This document shows positions 17,532 to 27,312 of a DNA stretch of 64,000 nucleotides, piece after piece (position 1 is the first letter of the stretch; every line of letters begins with the position of its first letter). This DNA comes from an uncultured virus (IMG/VR IMGVR_UViG_3300044638_007755). Its lineage: Duplodnaviria; Heunggongvirae; Uroviricota; Caudoviricetes. Position numbers and translations under genes: made by a program. The stretch lies in the IMG/VR virus record IMGVR_UViG_3300044638_007755, one strand, 5' to 3'. The notes under the pieces are model-generated. The model was not told where the DNA came from. It searched no databases and was given only the letters and a program-made list of their open reading frames with translations.

Positions 17532-17978
17532 ATGGCTCTAAAACCAGATCGTATCGAATTACTAACTGATGTATCATTTTTCATGAACTCCACAGCCGAG
17601 CGCGGTGGTGTTGCCTGTGTTACCACAGGAGGTTCTGGTATCTCTATGGACGATGCCAATGCTGTTGTCGCATATGCCGCAACTGTTTCTGGCTCAAAGC
17701 CCGTAGGCGTTTTACTTAACGATGTTGTAAATATTGATCTAACAAGACAGCACATCAACTGGCACAAAGACGAAGTGCAACTTGGTGGTAAGGTAACATT
17801 GCTCCGTAATGGACAGGTTACAACCAACAAGGTCACAGGTAGTCCAGCTGCTGGTGTTGATGCTTATGTTGGTGTAAGCGGCTTAATTGGTACAAGCTCA
17901 ACAAACTCTGTTAAGATTGGCCAGTTCTTAAGTGCTGTAGACGCCGACGGTTACGCAAAAGTATCAGTTAATCTATAA
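17532..17978 (+). CDS. head decoration/cement protein
   Basis: 148 aa, Gly/Val-rich, located between scaffold and major capsid protein. Confidence 0.7.
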   Translation: MALKPDRIELLTDVSFFMNSTAERGGVACVTTGGSGISMDDANAVVAYAATVSGSKPVGVLLNDVVNIDLTRQHINWHKDEVQLGGKVTLLRNGQVTTNKVTGSPAAGVDAYVGVSGLIGTSSTNSVKIGQFLSAVDADGYAKVSVNL

Positions 17979-18002
17979 TTTTTAATCATAGGGAGAAAAT
18001 AT

Positions 18003-19013
18003 ATGTCAGCTAAAACCGAAAGATTCCAACCAACACCAGAATTAACAGATCTTTTGATGCGTTCTGGTTCAGCTAACAGAGAGGTGGCTCTAGCCGCTAA
18101 TGCAGAAATTGCAAAAGCTCTAGAACTACCTCTACGTCAAGGTGTGCTAAACGGCGACGTTCTAGATGGTATTTTCGAGCCAATTCAACTTGCTCAAAGT
18201 GCTACTCCTGAGTTTCCTTTAGACTTCCTTGCTCCTGGCACAGAGAAGGATTTTGTGGCCTACACAATTCCTAATCATGGTTATGTTCCAGAACGTCATG
18301 TTGAAGGCGATTACGTCATGGTTCCAACCTATGACGTTGGTTCTTCAATCGATTATCTTCTAAAGTATGCTCGCGATGCTCGTTGGGACGTTGTGGGTCG
18401 TGCCATGGAAGTTCTCGAAGCTTCTTTCGTTAAGAAGATGAATGACGACGGCTGGCACACCATTCTTGCTGCTGGTGTTGATCGTAATATCGTTGTTTAC
18501 GATAGTGATGCCAATGCAAGTCAGTTCACAAAGCGTCTCGTTAGTCTCATGAAGACCGTTATGCGTCGTAACGGTGGTGGTAACTCAGCCAGCAACAATC
18601 GTGGCTTACTAACAGATCTATACGTTTCTCCAGAAGCAATGGAAGACATTCGCAACTGGGGCATCGATCAGGTAGACGAAGTAACACGTCGTGAAATTTA
18701 CACAGCTGCTGATGGTACTCTTAACCGTGTATTCGGCGTAAATCTTCATGATCTCGATGAACTAGGTGTTGGTCAAGAATACCAGCTATTCTATACCGAT
18801 ACTTTATCAGCTTCTCTTCCAAGTGGTGACACAGAAGTAGTAGTTGGTCTAGATCTAAGAAAGAGAGATAGCTTTATTATGCCAGTTCGTCAAGAAGTTC
18901 AGATCTTCGAAGATGATACTCTTCATCGTCAGAAGAGAGCTGGTTTCTATGGATGGGCTGAACTCGGCTTTGCTGTTCTAGATAACCGCAGAGTTCTAGT
19001 TGGTTCTCTCTAA
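18003..19013 (+). CDS. major capsid protein (HK97 fold)
   Basis: Position, size, strong codon bias, GGGAG RBS, followed by a terminator. Confidence 0.85.
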   Translation: MSAKTERFQPTPELTDLLMRSGSANREVALAANAEIAKALELPLRQGVLNGDVLDGIFEPIQLAQSATPEFPLDFLAPGTEKDFVAYTIPNHGYVPERHVEGDYVMVPTYDVGSSIDYLLKYARDARWDVVGRAMEVLEASFVKKMNDDGWHTILAAGVDRNIVVYDSDANASQFTKRLVSLMKTVMRRNGGGNSASNNRGLLTDLYVSPEAMEDIRNWGIDQVDEVTRREIYTAADGTLNRVFGVNLHDLDELGVGQEYQLFYTDTLSASLPSGDTEVVVGLDLRKRDSFIMPVRQEVQIFEDDTLHRQKRAGFYGWAELGFAVLDNRRVLVGSL

Positions 19014-19052
19014 TCATTTAGATCTTTAGATCGATATAATTAAAAGAAGATC

Positions 19053-19083
19053 GGCCAGTAGCAATACTGGCCTTTCTTTTTTT
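19053..19083 (+). terminator. intrinsic terminator after the major capsid gene
   Basis: GGCCAGTA-GCAA-TACTGGCC followed by a long T run. Confidence 0.9.
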
Positions 19084-19155
19084 ATATACAATAAGATACC
19101 TCATTAAGGGTGTATATTCTGATATACTAACAACATACCACAATAGGCTTTAATT

Positions 19156-19563
19156 ATGGCAGCTAGTAAGTATGACTTTGTTATAGAGCAAGGGTCATCT
19201 TTTAAACTATCGTTAGTCTACAAAGATGCTAATGGAGATCCAATAAATCTAACAAACTGGTGCGCTAGACTAGTTTGGAAAACCAATCTTGCAACCACAC
19301 AAATATTTTCCACAGAAAACTTGGATTATAGTGTTTATAAATTCACTATAGAACCTCTTTTAGGAAAAATCACATTACTTATTCCAGCAAATACAACGAA
19401 TAGCCTCACTTTTAATACTGCAAAATATGACCTAGAACTACAAAGCGATGATGATTTATATGTTGGTGGAGGCAAATCTATTATTAGACTTTTATATGGG
19501 AAAACATCAATAATAAAAAGATTTAGTGAAACATCTGACATGTTGGAGTGCAATATTATATAA
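19156..19563 (+). CDS. virion structural protein, BppU-N-like adaptor domain
   Basis: YDFVIEQGSSF..YKD..PINLT..YDLEL..RLLYG; paralogous to the N-terminus of 28842..29888. Confidence 0.6.
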   Translation: MAASKYDFVIEQGSSFKLSLVYKDANGDPINLTNWCARLVWKTNLATTQIFSTENLDYSVYKFTIEPLLGKITLLIPANTTNSLTFNTAKYDLELQSDDDLYVGGGKSIIRLLYGKTSIIKRFSETSDMLECNII

Positions 19564-19784
19564 TGACAAGTTTAGATATAATAGAAAATATTACATATTT
19601 AGAAATCGAATCAACTGTTGGAACAGAGACTAATAATATAGAAATCACATCATCTAATTTTGGATCTGTTGATATTACTTCAGGTTATGCTAGTATGATT
19701 GTTTATGCCAGTGATGTTGTTGGACTAGATAATTATCTATCTAATTTTATAGATCAATATGAAATAGATTGTGGGTCACCCTAA
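19563..19784 (+). CDS. small virion protein ending in IDCGSP
   Basis: ATG overlaps the upstream stop; C-terminus resembles IDGGTP of the next gene. Confidence 0.55.
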   Translation: MTSLDIIENITYLEIESTVGTETNNIEITSSNFGSVDITSGYASMIVYASDVVGLDNYLSNFIDQYEIDCGSP

Positions 19785-19818
19785 TTCTTAATGCTTTTAA
19801 ATTTTAACGGAGAAGACT

Positions 19819-21156
19819 ATGTCAGTTCAAACATTAATTCAAATTAGAAGAGGAACCACATCAGAGTGGTCTTCGGTCAATCCAACACTAGGTGCTGGAG
19901 AATGGGGTTATGATACAACATCTAAAAGATATAAACTAGGAGACGGATTAACCTCATGGAATAGCTTATTATATTCCTCTATAAGACCATCGTCTAACGA
20001 TCTTGTTGGAACTAGTGGTATAGGAATAACATTTGCGGCAACAACAGGGATTCCAGTAACTATTGCTGTTACAGGAATAGTGTCATCACAAATTACAGAT
20101 TTTAATACTGCTGTAGATAATAGAATTAGTAGTGCTGCTATTGATGCAGAAGGAATACAAGATATTGTTGGTAGTGGTAATCATACCTCGACGGGATTTT
20201 TAAGAAATGGTACTGGGATCTTATTAGATTATAATGACAGTTCTAATTATTTAACTATTAATGTTAGTGGATATGCGCCCTCTGGCCACACACATGATGA
20301 TAGATACTATACCGAAACAGAGCTAAATACTAGCGGAGGTGGAGGTCAAGTTCATTGGGATAATCTAACGAGTAAACCAGCAACATTTACACCATCGAGT
20401 CATAATCATTCGTGGAGTGAGATTACAGATGCTTCCGCAAGAGCAACTCTCGGAGAATTATCTTATTTATCTGGAGTAAGTGCTGGAACAGCATCTGCTA
20501 ATAGAGCTGTAATATTAGATATAAATAAAGATATATCTGGTATTGGATCAATTTCTACAACTGGTAATATTACGGTTGGTGGTAATTTAACAGTTAACGG
20601 AACTACTACTACTGTTAATAGTACTACTGTTGATATTGGAGACAATATTATTAGAGTTAATGTTTCTGGCGCGGCTACTCAAGGCGGTTTGGAAGTTAAA
20701 AATACATCAACAGCTGGTATAACTCAATTAGTTTGGGACACAGAGGATAGTAGATGGGAGTTTACTGGTGGTAATGTTTATACTAGTGGATATTTCATTG
20801 GGTCATTAAGTGGAAATGCTAGTACCGTAACTAATGGAGTTTATACTAGCGATAGTGGAACAGTAACTAGTTTAATGATTGCTAATAATACAATTGTTAA
20901 TGCAGATATTAATAGTAGTGCTGCAATTGATTATAGTAAATTAAATCTATCAAATTCTATTCAAAATAGTGATATTAGTAATTCCGCAGGCATAAGTGTT
21001 ACTAAACTAGCTAGTAGTGGTATTACTATCGGTTCCACAACCGCTGTTCTAGGCACCACCATATCTAGTATTGTTGGATTGACATCTATTAGTGGTACGA
21101 GTACAGGCTCACCAACAGCCTTATACAACTGTCTTATTGATGGCGGTACTCCATGA
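19819..21156 (+). CDS. fibre protein with Mtd-like N-terminal domain
   Basis: IQIRRGT..EW..NPTL..GEWGYDT..KLGDG..WNSL; HTHDDRYYTE fibre motif. Confidence 0.8.
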   Translation: MSVQTLIQIRRGTTSEWSSVNPTLGAGEWGYDTTSKRYKLGDGLTSWNSLLYSSIRPSSNDLVGTSGIGITFAATTGIPVTIAVTGIVSSQITDFNTAVDNRISSAAIDAEGIQDIVGSGNHTSTGFLRNGTGILLDYNDSSNYLTINVSGYAPSGHTHDDRYYTETELNTSGGGGQVHWDNLTSKPATFTPSSHNHSWSEITDASARATLGELSYLSGVSAGTASANRAVILDINKDISGIGSISTTGNITVGGNLTVNGTTTTVNSTTVDIGDNIIRVNVSGAATQGGLEVKNTSTAGITQLVWDTEDSRWEFTGGNVYTSGYFIGSLSGNASTVTNGVYTSDSGTVTSLMIANNTIVNADINSSAAIDYSKLNLSNSIQNSDISNSAGISVTKLASSGITIGSTTAVLGTTISSIVGLTSISGTSTGSPTALYNCLIDGGTP

Positions 21157-21273
21157 GACATTTTTTCTTAGAACATAAAGTCATATTTGCTTAAATTCAA
21201 CATTTGTCAATGGGTGTATTAACCATTATTATAGCATAGATAATAACCCTATAAATAGGATCAATATTTCAAG

Positions 21274-22923
21274 ATGGCAGTAAATGACCTAATAACATTT
21301 CGCAAAGGAACATCTGAACAATGGAATTCTGCTAATCCTATTTTAGCTAGTGGTGAGCCCGGATATGATTTAACGAATAGTGTTCTTAAGATAGGTGATG
21401 GTGTTTCTAATTGGGTGGCTCTTAGTGGAATAGGATCGACTAGTGTTGGTGGGTCATCGTCCTCCTATGTTGGAGTTAGAGGAATAATAAGCACAACAGG
21501 AACATTGACCAGTTTTGCAGTATCGGGAGGCTATCCAGTCGGATATCTGGACCTGTTCCAAGATGGAGTTAAGTTAGTATCAACTTTAGATTTTTCTGCA
21601 ACAGACGGATCTAATGTTACTCTCAATAACAGTGTCCCATCAGGAACAGTTTTAGAATATGCTAGTTTAGGAGCTTCAGTATCTTCTTCTAATTATACTA
21701 AACTAGATAATATAAGCTCATCTTTTAACGGATCATCTACATCATTTGGATTAGCGGTTAGTGGAACAGCGTATTATCCAGTAAGCGCCAATACTTTGGG
21801 AATTTATGTGGGAGGTGTTGCTCAGGAACCAATCTCTTCATATAGTGTTAGTGGATCAGATATAGTTTTTACCGAAGCTCCAGCTAGTGGATTAACTTTC
21901 TGGGGAGTCGGCTATGGAACAACGGCGGTGGCTACATTAAATGGAATAGTTCCTGGCTCATCAGGATCACCAGCTATTAGTTCATCCAGAGACCCTTCAA
22001 CAGGATTTTATTTTCCAAGTTCTGGTAATATTTCTGTAGCTGGCAATTTAGGAATAGGAACATCATCACCATCGAGCAAACTTCATGTAGTTGGTAGCAT
22101 TACTGCTACTAGTGGTAATTTTACTAATAATTTACAAGTTAATAATGTTAATGTTAGCGTTAGTGGACACTCTCATACTGTTAGTGATATTATTAATTTT
22201 AATAGTAGTGTTAGCGGCTTATTGCCAATTACTAATATAATTGCTGAAAGTGGAATCAATGTTTCTATTAGCGGAACAACAGCTACTATAACTAGTAATG
22301 ATACTACTAAGTGGAACTTGTTTTTACCTGCTGCTCCGACTAACCTTGTGGCTACCGCTGGCAACGGTCAGGTATCACTATCATGGACTGCGCCATCGGG
22401 TGTGATATCGCAGGCTCCGATCACAGACTATCTCGAACAGTACAGCACAAATAGCGGAACAACGTGGACGACATTTTCTGCGACTGCATCGACAGCTACG
22501 AATGCTACAATAACAGGGTTGACCAACGGTACTTCGTATGTATTCCGTGTGGCGGCGACGAATGGCATCGGAACAGGAAGCTACTCGGAGGCATCGAGTG
22601 CCGTGACGCCGAATTCGGCGAGCGTTCCTGGTGCTCCGACTTCACTGCGAAATGCCGACAACTACTGGGGATGTTCGTCTAACGATACTATGTGGAACAC
22701 ACCAGTGTCTAACGGCGGGTCGGCAATTACGGGATACGTTTGGCGAATCGGTAGCGGAGCGACGACCAGTGTGGCTCCGTCCAGCGGAACCCGGCCCGCA
22801 GGGTCTTATACGGGCGGTTTTATCGACAATCACGCGCCCACCGGCTCGTTCCAAGTTGCTGCCGTCAATGCCGTTGGGACGGGGCCGTTTGCGTCAATCA
22901 CTCTTCAACAGGACTGCAACTAA
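21274..22923 (+). CDS. fibre protein, Mtd-like N-terminus plus two FN3 domains
   Basis: RKGT..W..NPILASGEPG..KIGDG; PAAPTNL..LSWTAP..GLTNGTSYVFRVAA. Confidence 0.8.
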   Translation: MAVNDLITFRKGTSEQWNSANPILASGEPGYDLTNSVLKIGDGVSNWVALSGIGSTSVGGSSSSYVGVRGIISTTGTLTSFAVSGGYPVGYLDLFQDGVKLVSTLDFSATDGSNVTLNNSVPSGTVLEYASLGASVSSSNYTKLDNISSSFNGSSTSFGLAVSGTAYYPVSANTLGIYVGGVAQEPISSYSVSGSDIVFTEAPASGLTFWGVGYGTTAVATLNGIVPGSSGSPAISSSRDPSTGFYFPSSGNISVAGNLGIGTSSPSSKLHVVGSITATSGNFTNNLQVNNVNVSVSGHSHTVSDIINFNSSVSGLLPITNIIAESGINVSISGTTATITSNDTTKWNLFLPAAPTNLVATAGNGQVSLSWTAPSGVISQAPITDYLEQYSTNSGTTWTTFSATASTATNATITGLTNGTSYVFRVAATNGIGTGSYSEASSAVTPNSASVPGAPTSLRNADNYWGCSSNDTMWNTPVSNGGSAITGYVWRIGSGATTSVAPSSGTRPAGSYTGGFIDNHAPTGSFQVAAVNAVGTGPFASITLQQDCN

Positions 22924-23465
22924 TGAGCGTTATTCTTCTAAGCAATTTTGTTAGCGAGAGCGAACGAGCCTCACTGCTGGCGTGGTGCGACACCAATGCT
23001 GCGTGCCTCGGAGACGCAAGAACTGCGGACGGCGAGTCGTATTTGTTGCGTAAAATCTCCAACAGCAACGCGGTGGTGGAGGCTGGCGGATTCCCCGAAG
23101 TTGCCTATCAGGTGCAGAGCCGTATCAGGGAGCGGTTCCCGATGCTGGGGGTCTCGCTGCCGCGATTCCTAGACGGTATGACGGTTGGTGTTCTCCTTCC
23201 CGGCGGAGAGTTTCCAGAACACGTTGACCATCATTTCCGGCAGGACGGTCTGGTGTGTGTCGGCGTGAACGCATTGCTTTCCGCTCCAGCGTCAGGCGGC
23301 GTAGTGAGCGTTGACGGCGTGGAGCGAGAGCAGCGGGAAGGAGACGCGCTGGTCTATCTTCTGTCGGAACAGATTCATGGCGTTTCCCAAGTTAATGGCA
23401 ACGTCAAGCGAGTCGTCTGGTCGTGGCGCTTCATGGTCGATCCGGCTGCTTGGGGTGCGACGTGA
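22923..23465 (+). CDS. 2OG-Fe(II) oxygenase (prolyl 4-hydroxylase-like)
   Basis: HVD..GG..H.V..V....R facial-triad pattern; GC-rich. Confidence 0.8.
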   Translation: MSVILLSNFVSESERASLLAWCDTNAACLGDARTADGESYLLRKISNSNAVVEAGGFPEVAYQVQSRIRERFPMLGVSLPRFLDGMTVGVLLPGGEFPEHVDHHFRQDGLVCVGVNALLSAPASGGVVSVDGVEREQREGDALVYLLSEQIHGVSQVNGNVKRVVWSWRFMVDPAAWGAT

Positions 23466-23618
23466 AACACTTAATCGAATTCCTAATCTGCGGCACCCTA
23501 CCCTCGTATACACCAAGCGACCGCGGCACCGCCACACTGAGCATCTCATAGGAGTAGTAACAATATAGTGTATATTATCATAAACCTACTAATTATAATC
23601 TTTATTTAAATAACCATT

Positions 23619-24446
23619 ATGTCTCTTTCAAGAATACAAACAACTTTATTGTCTGGAGATATTTCAGATTCTGTTTTGCGATCTCTATTGGTACCCCCTG
23701 CTCCTACAGACTTGACTGTAACTGGTGGTAATGAGCAGGTTTTACTTTCTTGGGTAGCTCCTACTGTACTGGCTCAAACTCCAATTACAGATTATACGGT
23801 TCAGTTCAGTACCAACAGCGGGTCAACGTGGACGACGTTTTCCGACGGCACCTCGACCGCGACTTCAGCGACGGTCACCGGGCTGACCAACGGAACGGGC
23901 TATATCTTCCGCGTGGCGGCAGTGAATGGCGTTGGCACTGGGGCTTACTCCAGCGCGACGAGCAGCGTGACGCCGGGTGACGTGTTTCGCGCAATCCCGA
24001 CGATGACTTCGCTCACATCGCCCAGCGGCGAAGTGTCGGGCGTCAATAACATTGAAAGCCCCACCTTTCAGCCGCGATGGATGGCGTTTGACGGCGACTC
24101 GTCAACGTGGGCGCAGTTTCAGCGTGCTGGCTTCAACAACCCCGCTCGGACATTGCAATATGCGTTCCCAGAAGGGCAGAAATCCAGAGCTACGGGCTAC
24201 ATGCTGAGAGTAGCATTTCCGGGCTATGGCGAACCGCCAAATCAATGGAAGTTTTTTGGCAGCGACAACCTGACAGATTGGACGCTGTTGGACTCGCGCA
24301 GCGGTCAGAGCTTTTCGTCCGGTTCTCCCTCCAGCAATTTTACGCTGGCAAGCCCCGCGAACTACACAGCCTACCGCTGGGTTTTTCAGGACGTTTCCGA
24401 CCTCGGCGATTCCATCCTGATTGCCACAGTCCAGCTACTTGAATGA
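23619..24446 (+). CDS. FN3 plus discoidin/F5-8-like carbohydrate-binding protein
   Basis: FN3 similar to that of 21274..22923; AFDGD..TW..P..W.F.GS....WT.LD..Y..YRW. Confidence 0.75.
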   Translation: MSLSRIQTTLLSGDISDSVLRSLLVPPAPTDLTVTGGNEQVLLSWVAPTVLAQTPITDYTVQFSTNSGSTWTTFSDGTSTATSATVTGLTNGTGYIFRVAAVNGVGTGAYSSATSSVTPGDVFRAIPTMTSLTSPSGEVSGVNNIESPTFQPRWMAFDGDSSTWAQFQRAGFNNPARTLQYAFPEGQKSRATGYMLRVAFPGYGEPPNQWKFFGSDNLTDWTLLDSRSGQSFSSGSPSSNFTLASPANYTAYRWVFQDVSDLGDSILIATVQLLE

Positions 24447-24546
24447 TCCGCCCAGTGACGCAATACAGGAGTTGGTCCCCAAATCATCATAAAAAATCTC
24501 ATCCAATATTCCTCAAAACTTTACACCTTAATAATAAACACATAAA

Positions 24547-26940
24547 ATGACAAAAGCATACGATAATTCACTATTAGCAAGAAATATAAATGTCAGTGGA
24601 GTTAATACTACTGTTAGTGGGTTTTTATCTGCAACTAGTGGTAATTTTACTAATTCATTACAAGTTAATGGCACAAATGTTAGTGTTAGTGGCCATACTC
24701 ATACCTCATCAAATATTACAGATTTTAATACTGCGGTTAGTGGATTATTACCAGTCAAAAATATTCTTGGTGGTTATGATATTAATATTACTAATAATAG
24801 TGGTATTTATACTGTTGCTTCTACAAACTTAGTTCATGTTGATAGTAAACAACCTCAAGGATTTGTTAATAGAACTGATAGTAGAATTAGTGTTAGTGGT
24901 AATATTTTCACAATAGAACCCACAGGAAGTTCATATAGTTATTATAATCAAGGTATCAAAGTTGTTAAAACTAGTGGTGATAGTTTAACTATACCTAATA
25001 TTACTCAAATTAATTATATTCATTTTGATACTGTTAATAATCAAATATCAAATAAAACTACAAGCTTTGATTTTTCTACTGATATTCCTATCGCATATAT
25101 AGCTTGGAATAGCGGAGTTGGTCCCAGTGGACAAATGACTTTCTTTGCTGAAGAGCGTCACGGCATTGTGATGGATACCAGCACTCACAAGTGGATTCAT
25201 AATACTTTTGGCGCACAATATGTTGATGGTTTGAGTATTGATAATTATATTTTAGGCGGGAATGGGTCTAGTAATAGTCATGCAACTATATCAGTTGGTA
25301 ACGGTACTCTTTATCAAGAAGATATTGAGATAAATATTACCGATAGTTCTAGTACCGATCCATTCTGTCAAGAGTTAAGCCCGATTGCTCAAATTCCCGT
25401 TTATTATCATGAAGGAACTACTGGTCAATGGGTTAAGAATACCGCCACAAACTATCCTGTTAAATATGGTGCTAATGGACCACAATATAACTCATTAAGC
25501 GGTGGAACTTGGACAATCCCAGATGTTAGCCCCAATGGACAACAAAGATACTTTGCAGTATGGATTCTTGCAACTAATCAGATTGATGATCCTATAATTA
25601 GTATTATGGGTCAAAGAATTGATAGCAATCAAGGATCGGCTGAGAGCAATAACTCTTGGAGTGATGTTAATCTTACTAATCTTCCATTAAGTGAAGTTAA
25701 ACCTCTTTATCGACTAATATTTGCTGGTGATAGTGATTATACAAATGTTCCCAAATGTACTTTACTTAGTATTCTTGATATACGAGTATCTGTAATTAGT
25801 ACTATTGCTGGAGTTTCTCAGAATGATCACGGAAGTTTATTCGGATTGGGCGATGACGATCACTCTCAATATTTACATGTTGATAATAATCGAACAGTTA
25901 ATGCAACTCATAATTTTGTTAATGGACTTACGTCTAATGGGCTAATAAATTCTACTAGTGGAAATTTTACAAATCTAACCGTAAATAATACGGGCGTTAG
26001 TCTTAATGGTCATACTCATAGTTCTAGTGATATTACTGATTTTAATAGCTCTGTTAGTGGACTATTACCTACTATAGCTAATAGTGGAGATAATAGAATT
26101 CTTACTAGTACAGGATCAACAGTTGGTATTAATGCCGAGTCCAATTTAACTTTTGATGGAACTAATTTAACAGCACCATATTTAGTAGCTAGTAATTCTT
26201 CTGGAGACGAAGGAGGAGAAATACAATTAGCAAAACCTCCAAATGGAACATTGTCTGGTGGAATAACTATCGACGCTTATCAAAATAGGCTCAGGTTTTT
26301 TGAACAAGGAGGTAGTGCTCGTGGATTTTATTTAGATCTTTCATCTGCTGGTGCTGGTGCTTCTACAAACTTAGCTGTTGACAGGACCATTCATTCTACA
26401 ACCACCGCTATTGATTGGCTTCCGAGAGGTCACGGTACTATCGGTAATGCTGGCGCTACTAGTGGAGGTCTGATGCTGGCGTTTTTCACAGCCCCGTACT
26501 CGTTTACCGCCACCACACTGACATTTATAACGGGCGGCACTGCCACTGCCTCGCTGTCGCTGTGTAGGTTTGCGCTTTTTACCGTAGACGAGACGATTAT
26601 CGACTCTGTCACAGGCACGTCGCCGATAATTACGATGGTCGCAAGGACGGCAAACGACACAACAATCGGAAACGCCATACAGACTATTTACTCGCGAGTG
26701 TTTGCGGCAACTGGCGGATACCCAGCCTCGTACAACATTGTCGCTGGAACGCGATATGCCGCTGGCGCGTTGGTTGTCGGCGGTACGGTCGGCACATGGC
26801 AAGCGGGCACGGTTTCAACAGGTGCGATCACGCGACTACCTCCTATGGTTGCTGGTTTGGTCACGTCTCTTAGTGATCTCCCAACATCGCCGACAAGCGT
26901 GTCTAATGGATCTTTCGTTCTATATGGGAGAATTTCATGA
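24547..26940 (+). CDS. fibre protein
   Basis: GHTH..ITDFN..VSGLLP repeats, DHGSLFGLGDDDHSQY motif, GC-rich C-terminal tip. Confidence 0.75.
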   Translation: MTKAYDNSLLARNINVSGVNTTVSGFLSATSGNFTNSLQVNGTNVSVSGHTHTSSNITDFNTAVSGLLPVKNILGGYDINITNNSGIYTVASTNLVHVDSKQPQGFVNRTDSRISVSGNIFTIEPTGSSYSYYNQGIKVVKTSGDSLTIPNITQINYIHFDTVNNQISNKTTSFDFSTDIPIAYIAWNSGVGPSGQMTFFAEERHGIVMDTSTHKWIHNTFGAQYVDGLSIDNYILGGNGSSNSHATISVGNGTLYQEDIEINITDSSSTDPFCQELSPIAQIPVYYHEGTTGQWVKNTATNYPVKYGANGPQYNSLSGGTWTIPDVSPNGQQRYFAVWILATNQIDDPIISIMGQRIDSNQGSAESNNSWSDVNLTNLPLSEVKPLYRLIFAGDSDYTNVPKCTLLSILDIRVSVISTIAGVSQNDHGSLFGLGDDDHSQYLHVDNNRTVNATHNFVNGLTSNGLINSTSGNFTNLTVNNTGVSLNGHTHSSSDITDFNSSVSGLLPTIANSGDNRILTSTGSTVGINAESNLTFDGTNLTAPYLVASNSSGDEGGEIQLAKPPNGTLSGGITIDAYQNRLRFFEQGGSARGFYLDLSSAGAGASTNLAVDRTIHSTTTAIDWLPRGHGTIGNAGATSGGLMLAFFTAPYSFTATTLTFITGGTATASLSLCRFALFTVDETIIDSVTGTSPIITMVARTANDTTIGNAIQTIYSRVFAATGGYPASYNIVAGTRYAAGALVVGGTVGTWQAGTVSTGAITRLPPMVAGLVTSLSDLPTSPTSVSNGSFVLYGRIS

Positions 26941-27287
26941 TCACCAATTATCTCGGCATTATCGATGGAATTCGCACTTGGGAAGTGCGTGACGAGAATG
27001 GCAATATCGTAGGCATGAATCAACAGGCCGTGGACGAATCTGTCCCTACGAGCGTCTCCGCTCGCCAGATACGTCTCTGGCTCGTGCGGCATGGCATAAG
27101 CCTCGTGCAAGTTGAGACGGCCATAAACGCAATCCCCGATCAAATGCAGCGAGATCTTGTCAGAGTTGAGTGGGAATACGCTCCCTATGTTGAGCGCACT
27201 CATCCCATGCTAATTCCACTTGCTGCGGCTCTTGGACTGACCGAGCAGCAAGTTGACCAAGCTTTTATAGAAGCAAGTAATATTTAA
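26937..27287 (+). CDS. fibre-associated chaperone-like protein
   Basis: VSARQIRLWL..VEWEYA..R.HP..LGLT..QVDQAF, typical of genes following fibre genes. Confidence 0.65.
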   Translation: MITNYLGIIDGIRTWEVRDENGNIVGMNQQAVDESVPTSVSARQIRLWLVRHGISLVQVETAINAIPDQMQRDLVRVEWEYAPYVERTHPMLIPLAAALGLTEQQVDQAFIEASNI

Positions 27288-27312
27288 ACAGATTTTAGAG
27301 TTTAGTTTAATA

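Noticed and set aside
11694..19013. Inteins or introns in terminase, portal or capsid genes
   Set aside because: Frames are continuous; no intein C/S...HN junctions or LAGLIDADG motifs were seen
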